DNA from: Octopus sinensis
Lineage: Eukaryota
Assembly (NCBI RefSeq): GCF_006345805.1
Contig: NC_043014.1
Location: forward strand, 868,001-932,000
Length of the DNA: 64,000 nucleotides
Direction of reading: 5' to 3'
Under the pieces are notes generated by a model. It was not told the origin of the DNA and ran no database searches. It worked only from the letters and a program-made list of their open reading frames with translations. Below are positions 55,631-64,000 of this stretch, one piece after another. The translations under genes and the position numbers were made by a program. How positions within the stretch are numbered: the first letter of the stretch is position 1; each line of letters starts with the position of its first letter.

Positions 55631-57728
55631 TGTTTTCGTTTATATATTTTATTGTACCTATTGTTGTTTAGTAAGCAGACAACTACGATGAAAGACATTC
55701 CATCTGTGACCATCTCGTATTTTCGTATATTTAGAATTGCATTTTCCAAAGTATATTCAGAGGATTTGACTGCTTTTTTTCTTTCTAGCAGGTCGAGAGT
55801 TGAGTTAAGTACCAGTTAAATACTCGTGTCGATTTTAACACCTGCTCTCAAAACTTACTTTTTATTTAAATCTAATTTAATTGATATCAAAAGTTGCCTT
55901 ATATCCAATTAAAATTAATTAGTCTTTTCATTAGTATAACCGTCCCAAATTCCCTGTTAAATATTCGGTCTAATCGAACCCCTCCACTCTAACGTGCCCC
56001 GACCTGTCTTATAAGAATCGTCCCATTACATTTCCACCCGTTTCCCGTTTTACTTTGACATTGACATTTTTATTTCTGACCCTTTTCGTCTGCGAACCCC
56101 TTCATATGTCACTCCCCTCTCATCGTAAAAGTTCCGTTTCAGTTACCTCAGTACTGAAATCAAAGAAAGGTTAAGGTTATTGCACCACAGCCGTTAGTTT
56201 TGACAAGCCTCAAATATATTTCCTAGAAGAGGGCAAAATAGTAAAGATATGAGGAAGACGAGGGGTTTGGGCCTTTCTTACGTGATATACCTGGTCTTTC
56301 TGAGTATTTTTTCCGAGGTACAATATTTCTGTGTAACCTTTATTTCTCACAAACAGAACCACCCGACTGCTCAAGGTCTTTGGCTAATGTCCTTGTAAAC
56401 GTGCAACTCTGCAACGTTTTGCCTGAAGTTTTTTCTTCTTTTTTATTATTCTTCAGTTTTAACTCAGTCTCTCTTGCCCTTCCTACCGCCCACATTAATT
56501 AGGAAATAGAAGAAGAGGGAGGATTTTTAAAAATAGCTGAGTGTAGATTATATATTTCCAAACATACGTTTATAGACACATACACACTCGCATACAGGGA
56601 TAGTCAAATATGATAATTTGAACCCGAATGTTAAAAATGAAATTGGTATAAATTTATTAATCGTTTTCGAGCAAACTGGACGAAAGTGTTCACGTTTTTC
56701 GGGTCTACGTGCACACACGAGCATATGAATATATTATATATATATATATACATATGTATTTATAAATACACACACACACACACACACAACCACTTTCTAT
56801 TCTCATCCGTTTTCCTTTCTGAACGGTTTACAACGATTTCCCTTCGTTAACCACCAAATATTTCATTATTTCCTGGGGTCATCTTAACCTTTATAGGAAC
56901 CAGGTAAAGCGACCGATCAACGTGAACTTCGATCCTCAATCTTTTCGTCTGAAGTAGGCATGGAAGGAACTGTATTAATTGCATGATGTTTAGCCCCAGG
57001 TCAGCCTAAATTGAGCAGACCTGTGATAAAAACTGTGACCATCCCGTTTGTTTATATACCATATGTATATTAATCAGTGTGTTCTTTTTTAAAGACAGCC
57101 GAAGGAAAGTTGCTTTTTCTAACATATTGTATGACCTACAGTCTAGTTTCGATTCCCGTTTACACCTTCGTTGTCCCTGGGAACGTTTATTCAGATCTTA
57201 TCTCTTAATAATAATCGTGATTATTATAATTATTTCCTGCCTATGCCAGAAAAGAATTTAAAATAAGCTGTAAATTGATATCCTCATATGGGGATATCCT
57301 ATCGCCTATGGCCCAAAGATTATCAATTTTTACAGCTGGTTGTTCGACAAATTTCGTAAAGAACTTTTATTTATTCACTTTTGTTTTCATGTCCTGCTGA
57401 AGTCGATGAGAAGTGAAACACACGAGCACCTTTCTCCTCATTATCTTTCATACACACGTACATGGCATAAATACATAAATTGTGCAAGTGTGAGTATGTG
57501 AATGCAACAAATACATGGAGCTGAACATACTCGAACGCACATCCATTATCTTTGCATGAATACATTGAACGAGTGGGTGTTTCACTATTCAACTCACGAA
57601 CATTAAAAGTCAATGTGTGTGTCACTTTCCACCGACCTCACCGACTTCATAGCAAACAGGGACATGAAAACAAAAGTAAATAAAAGTTCTCTACGGAAAT
57701 TGAGGAACAACCAGCTTTAAAAATTAAT

Positions 57729-58588
57729 AATCAAAGTTTCCAGACTAGTTCTGTAGCGTGCCAACAGATGGCAGCACTTTGCGTTGCAAGTGAGAGCTAG
57801 CCGTGACCTTCACGAGGCAGTGTGCTGAGTGATGTCGCTGTGTTTACTTCACAAGTTGTGAAATTTCTGTTTTTGTGATTATGTGTCTGCTGTAGTCTGT
57901 GATTTTGTCATGGACAGGAACAAAGAGCCAGCATGGAATTTTGTGTTAAACTTGGGAAGTCTGTTACAGGGACATTGAGCATGCTTCAGCAAGCTTACAG
58001 CTACGAGACAATGAGTCATGCGCAATGACTCGAGGGTCACGGGTGCTTCAAAAGCGGAAGAATGTTCCTGGAAGACGATGAGCGATCTGGAAGATCTGCC
58101 TGGAGTGTCACCCACGGAAATGTGGTATTGTGCATCCAGAACTTGTCCCCCGGGGCCAGACCATCAGTCGAGAGTTCTACTGTAACATTTTGAAGCAACC
58201 GGATCTGTGGAGCGCGAAAAATAGGGTTCTTCACCGAGCTCTTCCATTCGTCAGTTTCTCGCCCGAAAGAATATGGCATCGCTTTCGCACCCACCCTATT
58301 CCCCAGATTTAGCACCTGCAGACTTTCATCTCTTCCCCAAGATAAAAATGCTGCCCAAAGGTCGCCGTTTTAACACCTTTGTCGAGATCCAGAGTGAATC
58401 TCAGAAGGTCCTCGACTCGCTTACGGAAAACGACTTCCAGGCCGGATCCCTAAATTGGCGGGAACTTTGGGGCTGGTGTAGTTCTGCGCAGGGTGACTAT
58501 TTCGGAGGGGATGATGTTTAAACGTGGGTAAATGAGTTATTTTCTATTAAACATAACTAATTCAGGAACTTTTTGATACTATCTCGTA
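57729..58588 (+). mobile_element. Mariner transposon remnant (internally deleted)
   Basis: VKLGKSVT.TLSMLQQAY; ELVPRGQTISREFYCNILK; HPPYSPDLAPADFHLFPKIK (mariner YSPDLAP-D); 3' TIR ggaactttttgatactatctcgTA; partial 5' TIR at 57729-57750. Confidence 0.88.
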
Positions 58589-60445
58589 AGTCTTGTATAA
58601 CAGGTTCTTTCACTGATACAGTAAAACGGGTGCATAGGCCGTTTTATGACGGGTATCAGCGGAAATCTACCGTCTTGTAAAGGAAGGACAAATTCGATAA
58701 TGTCCCCCTAGACACACACTGTGTCCCATGTGAAAACGTGATGGTAATGGCTACGTTGTTTAGTGTCGGGTCAATTCTGTTCGAAACATGTTCCAACCGT
58801 GACCAGCCTGTCAGAGATATAGTGAGTATCTCTGAGACTTATTTCTCGCAGATGAAGTTACACACTTTTCATTACACTCTTGATAAATCTATTAAGCTAA
58901 TTAACCTCATAATGTAAGGAACGATTAATAAATTTTTCGTTTTACATAAAAATTACGGTTGCGAAATAATTAAAATATTGATTTTAAATATTTAGATTAT
59001 TGATCTGTCACAATCCGGAATGTATGATGTAAGGGTGGTTATAAATGAAATCAATTATAGATTTCGTGTTTTAATTAATCTAAATCTGAATTGACAGACA
59101 GTGACAAAGTGGAATAATGTGGAAGGATTTTAGCTTAAAATAATATTGTAATTACGAGTATTGATTATTGTTTGACGGACATATTGCCGTGTATGTGAAC
59201 TGACGGCAGCCGGGAATCGAAACCGAATCTCACTGATAAGCGTTTTGTTGAAAATGCTTGCACATTTCGGCGGAATCTCGGAATAGCTGTCTCTCCTTCG
59301 AAATCCCATACCTCATGGAAAGGAAAGGTCTTTTTCCTTTATTATGATTATTTTTAACATTCTTCTGTTGCAGACAACAGATATTACGATCCTGAGAGAG
59401 AGAGAGAGAGATAACTTGTAATTTATTTCTTTGACATGTTTAGATCGTTAGCCATTAGACATTCTTTATTTTCTCTCCTTGTTCCTTTCTGTGGAAGAGC
59501 GTAGGCTTGAAACATTAAAGACCTTTTTCACTTCCCGAGCGCTAAACTAATACATCTGTTTGTTGTCTACACCACCTGTCTTCGTTTTTTTTGTAAATTC
59601 TCCCCATACTTCCGAATACCTTTCTTGTGAGGTATGGGACTTCGAGGGACTGTTATTATTTCCAAATTCCGCTGACGAAAATATTTCTCCTTGTTTACTC
59701 TCCTCTTCATTTTGTGATGACAGGGAGTCTCTACATGGTTACTCAATTTGCTAAAAATAACAGCCAGTTCTCACCGTAATCGTACCATATCGTCTTAAAA
59801 AGAGAAGGACATTATTGTTAGATAATGTGGTTACATTATGCTTGAAGATACGATGGAACGACCATGGTTGGAATATCTTTGATCATAATAAGTCTGCTGG
59901 CTCAGTGTTGACCCGGGGCTAAATACCAATCTTCTTCCTCTTTCGTTTTGGGGTTCTTTTACAGATGTCTTCGTTATTTGTTGTTAACAGGAAACAAATA
60001 GGTTTATTATCGTTGTTGAGCACAAGATCAGACCATCCTTGTTTTTGTTCTTTCCACACAGAGTAAATCGTGGACTACGTTATGTCTTATGACCTCTCCC
60101 CTTTTTTGAAGACAAGTTGTGAGTTAGTTCCATGTCAAGCACATAGAACTGAGGTCATTTGTTGGCCTTATTAGGGCTTAAAGAAAATTGGTGCAATGTA
60201 AAGAAGGATTGGCTGCTGTTTCTAGTAGGTTCATAGACTTAATACGTTGACTCGTATGTCTAGTGCCTCTCTCCCCTGTATGTATATACTGATTTCTTGC
60301 ATCTCGCTTATGGTGGGGAGTTGGTGTCTCTCCTGTCAGTTCAAATATAACATACGACTTCTTGTGGCTAAGGGGTCTTTGACTCCTACTTCTAGCAATG
60401 CTGGTGCTCTTTGCACCTTTGGTCACTTTAAGGGACGATGAATTA

Positions 60446-60597
60446 CCGTATTTTAACGTGTATAAGGAACCCCCTAATTTGGGGGGGGGGGGGTTAACAT
60501 TTGGAAAAAAGACTTCGTAAGGGATTATAAGAAACTCCCGTATTTTTTTAACCTAATTTTTGACAAAAACGGGTTCCTTATACGTGTTAAAATATGG
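60446..60597. mobile_element. 152-bp MITE, TcMar-Tc2-like termini, TA target duplication
   Basis: TA|CCGTATTTTAACGTGTATAAGGAACCC ... GGGTTCCTTATACGTGTTAAAATATGG|TA. Confidence 0.8.
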
Positions 60598-60659
60598 TAT
60601 TTCCTTTTTGGTTTTAAATTGCCTCCAGCCACCTTTATTATATATATATACATATATAT

Positions 60660-60918
60660 ATGCATGGTGGCATGACCGTGCCGGTGGCATGTAAAAAGCA
60701 CCATCCAATCGTGGTCGTTGCCAGCCTCCCCTGGCACCTGTGCCGGTGGCACGTAAAAAGCACCCACTACACTCACGGAGTGGTTGGCGTTAGGAAGGGC
60801 ATCCAGCTGTAGAAACACTGCCAGATCAAACTGGGCCTGGTGCAGCCTCCTGGCTTCCCAGACCCCAGTTGAACCGTCCAACCCATGCTAGCATGGAAAA
60901 CGGACGTTAAATGATGAT
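60660..60918 (+). mobile_element. RTE-LINE 3' UTR repeat copy
   Basis: Two gtgccggtggcac monomers, family core, (GAT)n tail. Confidence 0.78.
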
Positions 60919-62099
60919 GTATGTGTGTGTCTACACACACACACATATATTTTTAGAGAGAGAAACTGTGTGTAGATCTCAATAGTAACTGTTTTTCTTT
61001 ATCATCTGAAGTCTTTCCGCCACGGTTCCTGTCATGGGCTTCTGTGACCCAGCTGTGGAGATCAATATCCATTAGCATTTTCAATCACTCAACCCACAAA
61101 CAGTAAGACAGTGTCAAATATGATTTAACTCGGCACAACTTTGGAATAAAATATCAGTTGGTATCATCCTTTGCCTTTTGAAGATTTTGGATGACTTGGA
61201 ACTGTCACAAGTTCTTCTCTCAGAATGTCACAACTGAAGTTCATCATATGAAGTGTGTCACCCTGGTGTGATCATGTTGAGTTGAGAGCTTTGGGGAGAT
61301 ATTTTGGGGTCAGCCTTGACTAGCACCACTAAATGATGATGGTAGGTGGTGATGTAGGGGTGCTGTGTTGCTGTGTTAAGGGATTACATAAATGTTCTTT
61401 GAGTGGTTTATTCTCTGGTCAGTTTGTCTTGTCCACTTTCTATCTTTTACATCATCATTCTCTTCACTAAATCTCGAACATTTCACATTTTTGTTGTCAG
61501 TGTTCAATGGGGCAGATTTGTGATCCTGGTCGCCTAAATGCCATGAAGATGATATTAATCTCCAATCTTATGAGTCTTATCACTCATGAATAATTTACTG
61601 CTGCTGCTGTCTGTGCCGGGTACTCGTAGCCCCTCTACCAGCAGGGCAATGCAATTGGTGGAGCAGCCATCCAGAAATCCTAAAGCTGTTTAGTGGGGGT
61701 CATGATTGGGGCTGCCCTCGGTGGATAATTCTAGTTGTTAACAAGCGATGTAAATTGATAGATTGATTGACAAACAGACAGACAGAGTACAACCTGTCCA
61801 GGCCGTCCTCAACACTCTGTAATCTCATTCAATAAACCACCACATGTTGGTTTGGTCCTCAGTTAGGTGGAAGTCTTGTGTATCTGGAGACATGAAGGCT
61901 TTGACCATCTACCTGGGTACTCTTGAGGTAAAACCTTTGACCAAAGGAAGTTATTCTCAGACCTTCACTCCAAACAATCTTTGTGGTGAAAGTGTTGTCT
62001 TCTACACATCTTGCCAAGAACCACTCAGAACTCTGCTCTTTGGTCTGGGTCATCTTCATTGAGAACAGAGACTAATCCTGGATCACAATTTTTTCCAAT

Positions 62100-62379
62100 G
62101 ACCATCCAAGCGTGGCCGTTCGCCAGCCTCATCTGGCACCTGTGTTGGTGGCACGTAAAAAGCACCCACTACACTCACGGAGTGGTTGGCGTTAGGAAGG
62201 GCATCCAGCCGTAGAAACACTGCCAGATAAGATTGGGCCTGGTGCAGCCTTTGGGCTTCCCAGACCCCAGTTGAACCGTCCAACCCATGCTAGCATGGAA
62301 AGCAGACGTTAAACGATGATGATGACATCATCATCATCATCGTTTAACGTCCGTTTTTCCATGCTGGTATGGGTTGGAC
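62100..62379 (+). mobile_element. RTE-LINE 3' UTR copy (62100-62325) fused tail-to-tail with an inverted 54-bp tail fragment (62326-62379)
   Basis: ...ggacgtt/agacgttaaacgatgatgatga|catcatcatcatcatcgtttaacgtccg...gggttggac. Confidence 0.8.
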
Positions 62380-62820
62380 ATTACTTCAAAATTCGATGGA
62401 CACTTGATTTTGATATTCCTCTCTCATGACTTGCCTATCACAGATTGTCTTGGATTCCAGCAATAATATGTTCCTAGTCTGTCTGTTTGTCAATGTCCAT
62501 GGTTCAATGGAATGTTCCTTCTGCTCATTCTGAACCATTCCATCTGCTTCAAACTTGTCTTGGATGCAAGTGATGGTAAGTTGCAGAAGTGGATCTCTGG
62601 AACTCCCTCCTAAATTGTGTTACCTTCCTTGCTTGGAAATAGGTGAGGCTTAGTGGCAGGAAAGGCCCCAGCTGTAGAAAATCAGCTTCAGAGAATTTCA
62701 TTTGACCCCAGCAAGCAGAGAAGCCAGGCATTAAAATGGTTGTGATAATATGTACTCACACATGCATACAAGTATACACACACATATATATATCTTTATA
62801 AAAATGTGTGTGTGTGTATG

Positions 62821-62853
<33 letters not shown>

Positions 62854-64000
62854 GTCCTGATATAAAGGTGTTAAGGTAACGTTAGAAACTAGGTGAAGGT
62901 TTGTTAGAATCAGCTGAATTGCACAAAACAATAATATTTGTGTCTAACACACGCACACACGCTGATAGGTATTTAAATTAGGACTGATTACGGGTGTCCT
63001 GATTAGATTTAATTTGAGTGAAGCCCAGTTGTTTATCAAGAGATAGCTTGTATGAAATCTAATAACTACACTGTTGAACTAAATCTGTCTCGTTAAGAAA
63101 TGATTCATTGTCTCTGATTTTTATATTTAGTGAGTGTTTGATAGGTTTATAAATATTTAGACTTATTTAAATAGTTGTTGTACACAAAATGCTCTGACCC
63201 TTTCTAATGGTCAGTTGGAGGTGGGTTCTGTGTTATCGTTGGGTGACCTTAGTTAGTCCTGATTAAACAGACCTTAACACAGAAGTGGGAGATGGACACT
63301 GGTCACTACTAACAATTCCACCAATTCACTGTCCTGCGCTGGTAATTTATTTATTGGCCCTGAACGGATAAGAGGCAAAGTTGGCCTTGGTAGGATTTGA
63401 ACTCAGATTCTGATGTTGTTGTGGCTCTGGTGTTGGTGGTTGTGTCACCCTCAGGTCACCCCTGGTGATGGGTAAATGACTGTATCCAATACAGGTTATT
63501 GGAAATCTTAGTGGTGGGCATGTTTGAGGTTGAGAGATCTTTGGAGGTTTAGCAGTGGCCATGCTGGAGGTGAGCTAAGGAGTCTCTGTTATAACCCCTT
63601 GCTCCATACCATTGCTGTTTTTCTGTGGTTTGAGGCTAATAACATTATTTGTATATTCTAGGCCAGCTCAAATCAGACACATCTAGGGTCAATATGTTCC
63701 AACCATGACTACCACATCTAATTTTCAGGAAAGGTATCCATAGCTACATAACTGAATGTGTCCTTTCCTTTATTAAAGGTTTCACTAAAATCTGTCTCCT
63801 ATTTCTAGCTATCAGACTAACTCCTTTATCAACCCCCATCCCATTGGTTCAGTGTGTGTGTGTTGGAGGTGGGGTTAGGGTTAGGGTACAATATCAACAT
63901 CTCTCACTCCCAGCACCAACGATGGTCTCCAGTAAACCACACTGACCACTGAAGTACCCTGCTCCTCTATCTGGCTGACCACTACCATCTCAGGGCACCC

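Noticed and set aside
61000-62090. Coding-like degenerate sequence, faintly Penelope-like (FLARCVEDN)
   Set aside because: No RT or GIY-YIG motif recoverable by eye; cannot be supported without an HMM search.
63871-63886. GGGG(TTAGGG)2 telomere-like repeat
   Set aside because: Only two units; expected by chance.

Overview
Eukaryotic, AT-rich, repeat-dense animal DNA. The repeat families look like those of octopus/coleoid cephalopods; this is recalled, not database-verified. Two spliced housekeeping genes sit head-to-head. TAF4 (TFIID subunit 4) is on the minus strand: 14 coding exons reconstructed with GT-AG junctions and consistent phases, CDS 40227->2841, 3492 nt, about 1163 aa, with an 18.8-kb first intron. 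LSM14 (RAP55/Trailer hitch) is on the plus strand: 9 coding exons, 40526->47364, 447 aa, plus a candidate 81-nt cassette exon. Only 298 bp separate the start codons, and that gap holds NRF1, TATA, CTCF and YY1 consensus motifs. The rest is introns and intergenic DNA filled with RTE and CR1 LINE remnants, tRNA-derived SINEs, Tc1/mariner remnants, MITEs and microsatellites. Strongest leads: the TAF4-LSM14 divergent pair, apparently shared with vertebrates (TAF4-LSM14B); a cassette exon adding a GIQVD LC8-type motif to LSM14; a SINE-LINE shared 3' hairpin with compensatory changes; a 218-bp intronic foldback; and a CpG landscape consistent with gene-body methylation. No CRISPR array, rRNA or intact tRNA gene was found. 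Repeat boundaries are approximate. Exon boundaries were read by hand.
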